This document shows positions 17,620 to 26,820 of a stretch of DNA of 64,000 bases, in pieces. This DNA is from an uncultured Actinomycetes bacterium (GTDB lineage Bacteria; Actinomycetota; UBA4738; HRBIN12), in NCBI GenBank assembly GCA_963727185.1, contig CAVSFP010000006.1, positions 346,005 to 410,004 of the forward strand. Direction: 5' to 3'. A program made the position numbers and the translations under genes. The notes below the pieces were generated by a model, which was not told the origin of the DNA, ran no database searches, and worked only from the letters and a program-made list of their open reading frames with translations. Within the stretch, counting starts at the first letter, position 1; each line of letters begins with the position of its first letter.

Positions 17620-18891
17620 ATGCTCGACATCAAAGCGATCCGAGAAGACCCAGACCCGTTCCGGAAAGGCCTTGCCCGCCGCAACCTCGCCGATGCGGTC
17701 GACGCGCTGCTCGCCGCGGACGAGCGCCGTCGCGCGTTGATCGGCCGCGTCGAGGCGCTGCGGACCGCACAGAACCAGGCGTCGAAAGCGATCGGTGGCG
17801 CGCATGGCGACGAGAAACAACGGCTGATCGACGAGGTCAGCAAGGTCTCCACCGAGCTCAAGGCGCTCGAGCCCGAGCTGGAGGTCGCGGAGGCGGAGCT
17901 CACCGATCTCCTGGCGAAGACCCCCAACATCCCGCACGACAGCGCGCCCGACGGCTTCACCGATGAGGATGCCGTGGAGGTTCGCCTACACGGTGAACCC
18001 AGGACGTTCGAGTTCGAGCCTCGGGACCACGTTGCGCTGGGCGAGCTGCTCGGCGTGATGGACGTCGAACGCGCGGTCCGCACGTCGGGCTCGCGGTTCG
18101 TGTACCTGATGGGCGACATCGTGCTGCTGCAGTTCGCGCTGGTGCGGCACGCGATCGACATCTTGGTGGCGAAGGGATTCACGCCGGTGATACCGCCGGT
18201 GCTGGTCCGCGAGGAGGCGATGTACGGCACGGGGTTCCTGCCTGCGGACGAGGCGCAGCTGTACGTGACGCGCGAGGACGACCTGTACCTCGTGGGCACG
18301 AGCGAGGTGCCGCTCGCTGCGCTGCACATGACCGAGATCGAAGATCAGGCCGACCTGCCGCTCCGCTACGCCGGCTACTCCACGTGCTTCCGTCGCGAGG
18401 CCGGTACCTACGGTAAGGACATGGGCGGCATGTTCCGCGTGCACCAGTTCGACAAGGTGGAGATGTTCTCGTTCACGACGCCCGAGACCTCATGGGACGA
18501 GCACGAGATGCTGGTCTCGATCGAAGAGGAGATCGTCGGCAACCTCGAGATCCCGTATCGGGTCGTGAACGTCGCTGCGGGAGACCTGGGCGGCTCGGCC
18601 GCGAAGAAGTACGACATCGAGGGCTGGCTGCCGGCGCAGCAGCGCTATCGCGAGCTGACCTCGTGCTCGAACTGCACCGACTACCAGGCGCGGCGCCTGC
18701 AGACCCGCGTCCGGCGGCCCGACGGCAAGGTCGAGCCGCTGCACACGCTGAACGGCACCGCGACCGCGGTCGGCCGCTCCCTGATCGCGATCATGGAGAA
18801 CCATCAGCAGGCCGACGGGTCGGTCGAGTTGCCGGCGAAGCTGCACCCGTACCTGCCGGAGTCCGTCCGGGTGTTGCGTCCCAAGGACTGA
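17620..18891 (+). CDS. serS: seryl-tRNA synthetase
   Basis: N-terminal coiled-coil tRNA-binding arm and class II core motifs (FRREAGTYGKDMGGMFRVHQFDKVEMF; GSAAKKYDIEGWLP). Confidence 0.9.
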   Translation: MLDIKAIREDPDPFRKGLARRNLADAVDALLAADERRRALIGRVEALRTAQNQASKAIGGAHGDEKQRLIDEVSKVSTELKALEPELEVAEAELTDLLAKTPNIPHDSAPDGFTDEDAVEVRLHGEPRTFEFEPRDHVALGELLGVMDVERAVRTSGSRFVYLMGDIVLLQFALVRHAIDILVAKGFTPVIPPVLVREEAMYGTGFLPADEAQLYVTREDDLYLVGTSEVPLAALHMTEIEDQADLPLRYAGYSTCFRREAGTYGKDMGGMFRVHQFDKVEMFSFTTPETSWDEHEMLVSIEEEIVGNLEIPYRVVNVAAGDLGGSAAKKYDIEGWLPAQQRYRELTSCSNCTDYQARRLQTRVRRPDGKVEPLHTLNGTATAVGRSLIAIMENHQQADGSVELPAKLHPYLPESVRVLRPKD

Positions 18892-18898
18892 TCCTGGG

Positions 18899-21800
18899 CT
18901 AGCGTTCGCGTCGCTCTGCTGTTCCCTCGCTCGCGGACTCGGTGCGTTCCCGCTCCGCGGTGATGTCGACCCACATCCCGTGCAGCAGCGGGCGGCCGTG
19001 GTCGTCGTGGCCGAGGTTCCCCCAGCTGCGGAGCCACAGGACCCTTCCATCACGTGCGACGATGCGGAACTCGGACCGCCAGGGCTCGCCGCGGCGGATG
19101 CAGCGCTCTGCCAACGCCAGCGTCGCCGCGAGGTCGCCCGGGTAGACGAGCCTGGAGAAGAACCGAGGTTCGGCGATGAGCTCCTCCGACGTGTACCCGA
19201 GTAGCTGCTCCACCTGTGGCGCGATGTAGATCGGACGCCAGTCGGTCGGATCCTCCACGCCGTATGTCCACGCGACCCCCGGCATCTGTTCGACGAGCGA
19301 TCGCAGGACGGCCGCCTCCTCACGCTCGCGCTCTTCCCGTTCCTTGCGGTCGGTGACGTCCATCATGATGCCCTGGAGCCGGCGGGGACGACCGTCGTCT
19401 TCACGCTCCACCGTTCGACCTTCGAGGTGCATCCATACGATCCGACCGTCGTCCGCGATCATCCGGTAGTCGATGTCCCAGGGGTGGCCCTCCATGATGC
19501 GTTGGCTGCGCTCCCGGGCCGATGCGAGGTCGTCGGGGTGCACCATGTCCAGCATGCTCCATGGGTCCGCGTAGAAGCGCGCGGCCGGATACCCGAGGAT
19601 GTCCTGGACCTGCGGGCTCATGTACCGGAGTCGGAACCGCTGCTCGAGCGCCAGGTCGAATTCGAGGACGAGGAAGACCACGGGCCCTTCCTCGGCGATC
19701 TCACGGTAGCGCTGCGCGGTCTGGGCGGCGTATTCCTCCGCCCGATGGCGTTCCGTCATGTCCATCAGAACGCCCTGGAACAACTGCGGGCGTCCCAGTT
19801 GATCGCGCGAGAGCAGCGTGGCGTGGTCGAACACGACGACGAGCCGGCCGTCCTTGGCGAACACCCGGTACTCCTCGCTGAACGGCTCACCGGTGGTCTC
19901 GCTGCGCGCGGATGCAGCCAGGACGCGGTCACGGTCGTGCGGATGGAGCCGTTCGATCCAGATGTCGCTGCTGTTCCATTCCTCGGCCGAATAGCCGAGC
20001 AGCTTCTCGATGCGAGGGCTGGTGTACATCCCGGAAGGGTTCTCGCGATCGTGGACCTGCCGCATGTACACGACCGCGGGCAGATCCTCGACGAGTCTGC
20101 GATAGCGTTCGCGCGTCTGCCGGAGCTCGGCTTCGATGCGTTTGCGCTCGCCGATCTCGAGCGCCATCATCTCGTTCGCGTCCTCGAGCTCGGCCGTCCG
20201 CTCCAGCACACGGAACTCGAGGTCGTCGTTCGACTGACGGAGTCGTTCCTCCAGATCCTTCTGTGCCGTGACATCCAGCATGACTCCCTGCCACGTGGAG
20301 ACGTTCCCGGCCTCGTCGCGGACGAGTCGAGCCTGGTCGCGCACCCATACGACCCTGCCGTCGCTCGCGATCAACCGATACTCCTGGCTCCACGGCTCGC
20401 CCGTCTCGTTGTGGAGGTCGTGCGCGGCCAGCTGGATCTCTCTGTCGTCGGGGTGGAGCAGTTCGATCCAGATGTCCGGCTGGTCCAACCATTCGGCTCG
20501 CGAATAGCCGAACAAGGCCTCCACCTGCGGGCTCACGAAGAGTGTGCGTCGTTCGTCGTCCGGGTCCATCTCATAGACGACGGCAGGGACCTGCTCGACG
20601 AGCATCCGATACCGGGCGTCGGACGCACGGAGGTCGTCCTCGGCGCGTTTGCGATCCGTCAGGTCCTGGATCAGTCCCTGCCAATGGATCGGGTTCCCGT
20701 CGACGTCGCGGACCAGCACGGCCGCCTCTCGCACGAACACGACCGCGCCGTCGCGGCGGAACAACCGGAAGTCGCAGAAGAAGGAATCGCGGTGCCGAAC
20801 CGCATCGACCCATGCGTTCCCGACGCGTTCGACATCGTCCGGATGCATGATCCGGAAGAACAACGTTGGGTCGTCCTGGAACTCCTCGGGTCGATACCCG
20901 AGCATCCCCGTCGATTGTGGGCTGACGTAGTAGCAGATCGGCGCTTCTTCATGGGAGTCGATGAACACCACGGCGGGCACCTGCTCGACGAGCGCGCGGT
21001 GTCGCAGCTCGGACTCACGCACCATCACGTCGGCCCGCTTGGCTTCAGTGATGTCTTGGATCAGTCCTTGCCAGAACAACGGCTTACCGTCCTCGGAGCG
21101 CACGAGGCGCGCGGTGTCGTGGAACCACGAGACCCGGCCGTCACGGTGGACCGAGCGATACTCGACCGAGAAGGGCGCACGCCTTCCCACCGCGGACAGC
21201 CACTCATCACGCACACGCTCGCGGTCCTCGGGATGGGTGGCCTTCAGCCAGAGCCCTCTGTCGGCCATCCAATCCTCGACGGTGTAGCCCGTGAGCTCGA
21301 GCACCTGAGGACTCACGTACACGGGGGCCGGGTCGGCCTCGTTCGTATCGATGTACACGATCCCCGGCACCTGCTCCACGAGGGCGCGATACCGGGCCTC
21401 CGACCGGAGTCGTTCGTCCTCGGCTCGATGTTGCTCCGTCACATCGAGCATCACGCCTTGCCAGAACAACGGGGTGCCGTCGGTTGCATGCACGAGCCGA
21501 GCGACATCTCTCACCCAGAGGACGTGTCCGTCGCGGTGCACGACGCGATACTCGAACGAGACCTCCTCGGCGCCGTCGAGATGGAGCGGCCAATCGAGGT
21601 GCATGATGGCCCGATCGTCGGGATGGATCACCCGGAGCCACAGCTCGGGGTCGGAGATCCAGTCCTCCGGTGGATAGCCCGTGATCGTCTCGATCTGCCG
21701 ACTGACATAGATCGTGACCGGGTTCTCCTCATGTGTGTCGATGTAGACGACGGCGGGAAGCTGCTCCACCAACGACTGATAGCGGGTCTCCGCATGGACG

Positions 21801-22258
21801 AGCGGCTCGATCTCGTCGTCGTCCTTATCGAGCGGAGTGACCACACCGAACCACATGGCCGGCCTGTCGCCGGTGGCCGGAACCAGACTGGTCTGATCGC
21901 GCACCCAGCGCGTCGACCCGTCCGGAAGGAGGATCCGGTACTCCTCGTCCCACGATCCGGTGTCCTTGGCCGCATCTATGAGCATCCGGCCTCTATCCTC
22001 GGGATGGATATGCCGGATCTGTGCGGCGACGTCGCCCATCATCTCGTCGGGCGTCAGGCCCAGGATGGCCTCGCTCTGCGGGCTCACGTAGAGGTAGCGC
22101 TGATCGGTATGCCCGAACGGCAGGACGTACGTGACCGCTGGCACCGCCTCGATCACCTGCCGGTACAGATCCTCGGGCATCCCCGAGGAAGCGTCAGGCA
22201 TCCCGGAAGCCCCCGCGCTCATCCCCTCAGGGTAGACCCGCGGGGCGTGCCCCACCAC
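18899..22258 (-). CDS. 1119-aa protein composed of about 8 tandem PAS/PAC domains with no recognisable output domain
   Basis: Repeating roughly 125-aa units (RYRxLVEQxPAVVYxD...YVSPQxExLxGY..EW...W...HPDDRExV...W......PxxxEYRxxxxDGRVVWVxDxAxLVRDExGxPxxxQGVMLDVTxxKxAEExLR). No kinase, GGDEF, HTH or other effector domain. Translationally adjacent (6 bp) to upstream fdxA. Start codon choice among several N-terminal ATGs uncertain. Confidence 0.8.
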   Translation of the reverse strand: MVGHAPRVYPEGMSAGASGMPDASSGMPEDLYRQVIEAVPAVTYVLPFGHTDQRYLYVSPQSEAILGLTPDEMMGDVAAQIRHIHPEDRGRMLIDAAKDTGSWDEEYRILLPDGSTRWVRDQTSLVPATGDRPAMWFGVVTPLDKDDDEIEPLVHAETRYQSLVEQLPAVVYIDTHEENPVTIYVSRQIETITGYPPEDWISDPELWLRVIHPDDRAIMHLDWPLHLDGAEEVSFEYRVVHRDGHVLWVRDVARLVHATDGTPLFWQGVMLDVTEQHRAEDERLRSEARYRALVEQVPGIVYIDTNEADPAPVYVSPQVLELTGYTVEDWMADRGLWLKATHPEDRERVRDEWLSAVGRRAPFSVEYRSVHRDGRVSWFHDTARLVRSEDGKPLFWQGLIQDITEAKRADVMVRESELRHRALVEQVPAVVFIDSHEEAPICYYVSPQSTGMLGYRPEEFQDDPTLFFRIMHPDDVERVGNAWVDAVRHRDSFFCDFRLFRRDGAVVFVREAAVLVRDVDGNPIHWQGLIQDLTDRKRAEDDLRASDARYRMLVEQVPAVVYEMDPDDERRTLFVSPQVEALFGYSRAEWLDQPDIWIELLHPDDREIQLAAHDLHNETGEPWSQEYRLIASDGRVVWVRDQARLVRDEAGNVSTWQGVMLDVTAQKDLEERLRQSNDDLEFRVLERTAELEDANEMMALEIGERKRIEAELRQTRERYRRLVEDLPAVVYMRQVHDRENPSGMYTSPRIEKLLGYSAEEWNSSDIWIERLHPHDRDRVLAASARSETTGEPFSEEYRVFAKDGRLVVVFDHATLLSRDQLGRPQLFQGVLMDMTERHRAEEYAAQTAQRYREIAEEGPVVFLVLEFDLALEQRFRLRYMSPQVQDILGYPAARFYADPWSMLDMVHPDDLASARERSQRIMEGHPWDIDYRMIADDGRIVWMHLEGRTVEREDDGRPRRLQGIMMDVTDRKEREEREREEAAVLRSLVEQMPGVAWTYGVEDPTDWRPIYIAPQVEQLLGYTSEELIAEPRFFSRLVYPGDLAATLALAERCIRRGEPWRSEFRIVARDGRVLWLRSWGNLGHDDHGRPLLHGMWVDITAERERTESASEGTAERRER

Positions 22259-22264
22259 CGTCGC

Positions 22265-22600
22265 TCAGGCTTCGATGACGACGGGGAGTGCGGCGACCAG
22301 CGGATGGTCGACGTGCGAATCCTCTGCCTGGGCAGCACCTCCGGGGTTCCCGAGGTTGGTGACGTTGGGCCCGAAGAACTCGCGCTCGATCTGCTCGTAC
22401 CCGCGCCACTCGTCCGGAAGATCGTCTCGACTGAAGATGGCTGTCACCGGACACACCGGCTCGCAGGCAGCGCAGTCCACGCACTCGTCAGGATTGATGT
22501 AGCCCTTGCGGAGCCCGTCGTAGATGCAATCGACGGGGCATTCGTCCACGCACCCTCGATCGTGGACGTCCACACACGGCTCAGCGATCACGTAGGCCAT
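22265..22600 (-). CDS. fdxA: 7Fe ferredoxin (3Fe-4S + 4Fe-4S), FdxA-type
   Basis: MAYVIAEPCVDVHDRGCVDECPVDCIY...CVDCAACEPVCPVTAIF, classic FdxA cysteine pattern. Confidence 0.85.
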   Translation of the reverse strand: MAYVIAEPCVDVHDRGCVDECPVDCIYDGLRKGYINPDECVDCAACEPVCPVTAIFSRDDLPDEWRGYEQIEREFFGPNVTNLGNPGGAAQAEDSHVDHPLVAALPVVIEA

Positions 22601-22748
22601 CTGGTGCGCTCCTTTCCGCGTTTGCCGCCTCCGGACCGAACGGTCCGATGACGATGCTCACGTTACGGAGCGCCCCTCCAAGCCTTGCCCAAGAGAAGGT
22701 GAGACCCAGGCAATGAAATCGATGGCTCGGACCCCGTAGGCTTCGGTC

Positions 22749-22838
22749 GGGAGGATGGCCGAGCGGACGAAGGCGACGGTCTTGAAAACCGTTGGTCCCG
22801 CAAGGGGCCCGTGGGTTCGAATCCCACTCCTCCCGCCG
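22749..22838 (+). tRNA. tRNA-Ser (anticodon TGA), class II
   Basis: Acceptor GGGAGGA/TCCTCCC-G. Anticodon arm ACGGT-CTTGAAA-ACCGT. Long variable arm GGTCCCGCAAGGGGCCC. T-arm GTGGGTTCGAATCCCAC. CCA not encoded. Confidence 0.8.
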
Positions 22839-22874
22839 CGGTCCGAACCGAGCGGCTCGTCTCGCGAGAAGGGT

Positions 22875-23435
22875 GTGACGGTCGTTCCTATCGTCGGGAT
22901 CCTCGCCCACATCGTCGGCCCCGGCTACGGGCCGCTGATCGCGATGGCGTTCTTCTTCGTGGGGATGGGAGCGGCGGTGGGGGTGTTTCTGCTCTCCGGC
23001 CACCCGCGGACCTCCGTGCAACGAGCCGCGAGGATCGGCCTGGTGGTGGTCGCAACGGGGTGCTTGGGGTTCGCGACCGCCGTTCCCTTCTTCTATCACC
23101 CGGGTCCGTCGTTCATCAGGCCAGCTTCCACGGCCCGCCTCGAGATCGTGTCGCCTCGTCCGGGCCAGACGTTCCGCGGCGAGCCCGCGACCGTTCAGGT
23201 GACCCTTCGACTCGACGGCGGCACGATCGTTCCGCTCACGTCGACGGCCGTCGTGCCGAACGAGGGGCACATCCACGTCTTCCTCGACGACCGTCTCCTG
23301 TCGATGGCCGGGCTCGATGCGGAGATCATCGCCTTGCCCGGCGAGCACACGTTGCGAGCGGAGTTCGTTGCGTCCGATCACGGGCCGTTCCGGCCACCCG
23401 TGACGGCATCGGTCACGTTCCTGGTCCGCTCCTGA
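22875..23435 (+). CDS. hypothetical membrane protein with periplasmic beta-rich domain (HIHVF motif)
   Basis: GTG start after GAGAAGGG RBS, downstream of the tRNA (the annotated ORF start at 22755 overlaps the tRNA and is rejected). 3 TM helices then soluble domain EGHIHVFLDDRL. Located directly upstream of the cytochrome oxidase locus. Confidence 0.45.
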   Translation: MTVVPIVGILAHIVGPGYGPLIAMAFFFVGMGAAVGVFLLSGHPRTSVQRAARIGLVVVATGCLGFATAVPFFYHPGPSFIRPASTARLEIVSPRPGQTFRGEPATVQVTLRLDGGTIVPLTSTAVVPNEGHIHVFLDDRLLSMAGLDAEIIALPGEHTLRAEFVASDHGPFRPPVTASVTFLVRS

Positions 23436-23625
23436 AAGGGATCGATCCGGCCGCGGCGCTCGAACCCTGGATGACAACCGTGAAATGTTGCGGCGATATC
23501 CGCACCGTCGCGGAGAGCCGACCGAGGTCGGGTCGTGACAGTCCTGTCATCAATCTTGTTTCCCGAGCCGGGTCGTTGGAGGGTGCGCCTGCACGGGTGG
23601 GGGTGGCATCGAGAGGGAGGGTGGC

Positions 23626-24123
23626 ATGGTCCGATCGCTTCGGTGGGGAAGGGTATCGGCGCTCCTCGCCGTCGTTGTCCTGGGTGCTCCGGCATGCTTG
23701 AAGTCGGCGAGCAGCTCGGATACCGGGTCCTCTTCCTCCACACCCACGAAGATCTTCGTGCAGCAGTTCAGGTACCACGGGGTGCCGACCACGATCACCT
23801 CAGGTGTTCACGAGTTCCTCTTCCAGAACCAGGAGTCGTTCCCGATCACGCACGAGATGATCCCGATCGCCTTACCGTCCGGGAAGACGGCCCAGGACGT
23901 GATCGATGGGGCGAAAACGAACGGCCCAAGTGACGAGGACAGCTGGCTGCACATCGGGGGCGATTTCGGCGCGGTCGACACCGGGGCCGGCATCATCGAG
24001 ATCCTCAATCTTCCACCAGGTACCTATGCGTTCGCCTGCTGGCAGACGGGGACGCAGAGCGGCGGCGATAACGGCCCGCCGCACGCTTCGATCGGGATGG
24101 TGGCCCAGTTCACGGTCACGTGA
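23626..24123 (+). CDS. secreted lipoprotein, possibly cupredoxin-like
   Basis: Signal peptide with lipobox-like LGAPAC. C-terminal C-x13-H-x4-M (FACWQTGTQSGGDNGPPHASIGM) plus upstream His (ITHEM) could form a copper site. Fold assignment tentative. Confidence 0.5.
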   Translation: MVRSLRWGRVSALLAVVVLGAPACLKSASSSDTGSSSSTPTKIFVQQFRYHGVPTTITSGVHEFLFQNQESFPITHEMIPIALPSGKTAQDVIDGAKTNGPSDEDSWLHIGGDFGAVDTGAGIIEILNLPPGTYAFACWQTGTQSGGDNGPPHASIGMVAQFTVT

Positions 24124-25166
24124 GCGGTTCGGGGCGTTCCGGCCTGCAACGCAGGCTTCGGCGCCATCTCCTTCGGATCGGGGTGGTGCTTGGGTCGCTC
24201 TTGCTTTCATCCTGCGCGCAGCAAGGGATCTCGTGGCAGTCGCAGAACGTCCACACGCTCTACCTGATCATCATGGGACTCGCCCTGCCCGTGTTCATCG
24301 GCGTGGAAGCGGCGCTCATCTGGTGCATCGTCCGTTACCGCAAGCGCGACGACACACCCGCTCCGCAAACGGTCGGTGGATCGCGCTCCCTCGGCGTGTT
24401 CTTCGTGATCCCCGCCGTGATCGTCGCGGTGCTCTTCCCGTTCGGCGAGGAAACGCTCTTGCTGCTCCAGCAGCACGAGACACCGGAGGTGCAGATCCAT
24501 GTGGAGGGGTTCCAGTGGGAATGGACCTTCCTGTACCTGAACGAGGGCATCTTCGAGAGCGGCAAGACGCTCGTCCGCCCCGCCGAGATGGTGCTGCCCG
24601 TCGACGAGACCGTGCAGATCACGCTGACCTCTCGCGACGTGATCCACTCATTCTTCATACCCGCTCTCCTCTTCAAGCGGGACGCGATCCCCGGCCGCAC
24701 CAGCACGTTCACGTTCACGCCGAGCGTGCTCGGGACGTTCCAGTCCCAATGCGCCGAGTTCTGCGGTCTCTGGCATTCGAAGATGACGTTCGTCGTGAAG
24801 GTCGTGTCGTCCGCGGACTACCAGGCGTGGATCGAGCAGCAGCGGGAGGCCGCGAGCGGCATCACCTGTGACCCAACCGGAACCGACCTCTCGCTCGTCG
24901 CACACAACATCTCGTGGAACGCCTTCTGCCTCGCGGTTCCCGGGAACACGCCGTTCACGCTGAACATCACGAACGAGGACGTCGGGATCGAGCACAACTT
25001 CTCCATCTACGACAGCTTCTTCGAGAAACAGCAGTTCTTCACGTCACCGAAGATCACCGGTCCCACCTCGGAGACCCTCAACGTCGACGGGTTGGCACCG
25101 GGTCGCTACTACTTCCAATGCGACGTCCACGGTCCCGCGATGTCCGGGGCGTTCATCGTCACATGA
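24120..25166 (+). CDS. ctaC: cytochrome c oxidase subunit II (CuA) fused to a C-terminal type-1 copper cupredoxin domain
   Basis: Signal/lipobox (LLLSSCAQQG), 2 TM. CuA motif H-x34-CAEFCGLWHSKM. Extra about 110-aa C-terminal domain with blue-copper ligand pattern (IEHNF...YYFQCDVHGPAM: H...C-x2-H-x3-M). Confidence 0.85.
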   Translation: MSGSGRSGLQRRLRRHLLRIGVVLGSLLLSSCAQQGISWQSQNVHTLYLIIMGLALPVFIGVEAALIWCIVRYRKRDDTPAPQTVGGSRSLGVFFVIPAVIVAVLFPFGEETLLLLQQHETPEVQIHVEGFQWEWTFLYLNEGIFESGKTLVRPAEMVLPVDETVQITLTSRDVIHSFFIPALLFKRDAIPGRTSTFTFTPSVLGTFQSQCAEFCGLWHSKMTFVVKVVSSADYQAWIEQQREAASGITCDPTGTDLSLVAHNISWNAFCLAVPGNTPFTLNITNEDVGIEHNFSIYDSFFEKQQFFTSPKITGPTSETLNVDGLAPGRYYFQCDVHGPAMSGAFIVT

Positions 25167-25188
25167 GTGCGCCGACGGAGGACCCGAC

Positions 25189-26820
25189 ATGGCCGTGACC
25201 GAAGCTCCTTCCAGAGAGCTTGCGCCCGAACCGGAACGAGGCCGGCTGCTCGACTGGCTGAAGACGACCGACCACAAGAAGATCGGCATCCTCTACCTGA
25301 TCAGCAGCTTCTCGTTCTTCGCGGTCGGTGGCGTGTTCGCGCTCCTCATGCGGACCGAGCTCGCGCGGCCCGGGACGCAGATCTTCCAACCCCACGCGTA
25401 CAACCAGCTCTTCACGATGCACGGCACGTTGATGATCTTCCTGGTGATCTTCCCGCTGCTCGCCGGGTTCGGGAACTACTTCGTCCCGCTGCAGATCGGC
25501 GCGCTGGACATGGCCTTCCCGCGGATCAACGCGCTGTCATTCTGGCTCTTGCCGGTCGGCGGGCTCACGATCCTGTCGGGGTTCTTCGCGAAGGGCGGAG
25601 CGGCGGCCGCCGGGTGGACCGGGTATCCGCCGCTGTCCGAACAGCTCGGGACCGGCCAGGATCTTTGGATCGCCGGGCTCATCATCGTGGGGACGGCGTC
25701 GATCCTGGGCGGCATCAACTTCATCGTGACGATCCTGCGGATGCGTGCGCCGGGTATGACCATGATGCGGATGCCCGTCTTCACGTGGAGCATCCTCGCG
25801 ACGTCGCTCCTCGTGGTCCTCGCGGCGCCGGTGCTCACGGCCGGGCTGATCATGCTCTTCGCCGACCGGCGACTGGGCACGGTGTTCTTCGATCCGACGC
25901 AAGCGGGCGTCGTGATCCTGTGGCAGCACGTGTTCTGGTTCTTCGGCCATCCCGAGGTCTACATGCTGATCCTGGGCGCCTGGGGCATCGTGACCGAGAT
26001 CATCTCGGTGTTCTCGGGCAAGCCGATCTTCAGCTACCGGGGCGTGGTGCTGTCGTTCCTGCTGATCACGGCGCTGTCGTTCAGCGTGTGGGCGCACCAC
26101 ATGTTCGCCACCGGGGCAGTGGAGCTTCCGTTCTTCAGCGTCACGACCGAGCTCATCTCGATCCCGACCGGCGTGCTCTTCTTCATCTGGCTGAGCACGC
26201 TGTGGAAAGGACGACTGCGGTTCGAGCCGCCCATGCTCTTCGCGCTCGGCTTCATCGCGATGTTCCTGATCGGGGGGATCAACGGCGTATGGGCCGCCTC
26301 TCCCGCGATGGACTTCGCGATCACGGACACCTACTGGGTCGTCGCTCACCTGCACTACGTGCTGTTCGGAGGGACCATCTTCGGCGTGTTCGCGGGCATG
26401 TTCTATTGGTTCCCGAAGATGACCGGCAGGTTCCTCTCGCGCAAGCTCGGTATCTGGCAGTTCTGGCTCCAGCTGATCGGGTTCAACCTCACCTTCTTCC
26501 CGATGCACATCCTCGGGCTCCGAGGGATGCCCCGGCGGATCGCCGACTACGCGCCGGACCGTGGCTGGAGCTTCCTGAATCTGGTCGCCACGATCGGCGC
26601 CTTCGTGATCGCGATCGCGATGATCGTGTTCTTCGTGAACATCTTCGTCACGCTGCGGAAGCCGCGGACGCCGATGCCGGACGATCCGTGGGACGCCAAC
26701 ACCCTCGAATGGGCGACGTCGTCACCTCCCCCCGCGCATAACTTCGATTCGCTGCCGCCGATCCGCTCCGACCGCCCCGTCTACGACCTGCGCATGGCGA
26801 ACAAGGAGGTGGGCGCATGA
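25189..26820 (+). CDS. ctaD: cytochrome c oxidase subunit I (heme-copper oxidase catalytic subunit)
   Basis: 543 aa, 12 TM, canonical motifs ([21 protein letters not shown] equivalent: [31 protein letters not shown]). Confidence 0.9.
   Translation: [543 protein letters not shown]

Noticed and set aside
18885-18905. Possible hairpin between convergent serS and the PAS gene
   Set aside because: Only an imperfect 4+3-bp stem (CCCA.GGA / TCC.TGGG). Too weak to call a terminator.
19427-22651. 1074-aa plus-strand ORF
   Set aside because: Exactly antisense to the poly-PAS gene. Arg/His/Pro/Val-rich low-complexity translation typical of antisense frames in 70% GC DNA. No domain recognisable.
22581-23477. 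298-aa minus-strand ORF and 22658..22912 ORF
   Set aside because: Overlap the tRNA-Ser(TGA) gene and the better-supported plus-strand membrane protein. Low-complexity Arg/Gly/Asp-rich.
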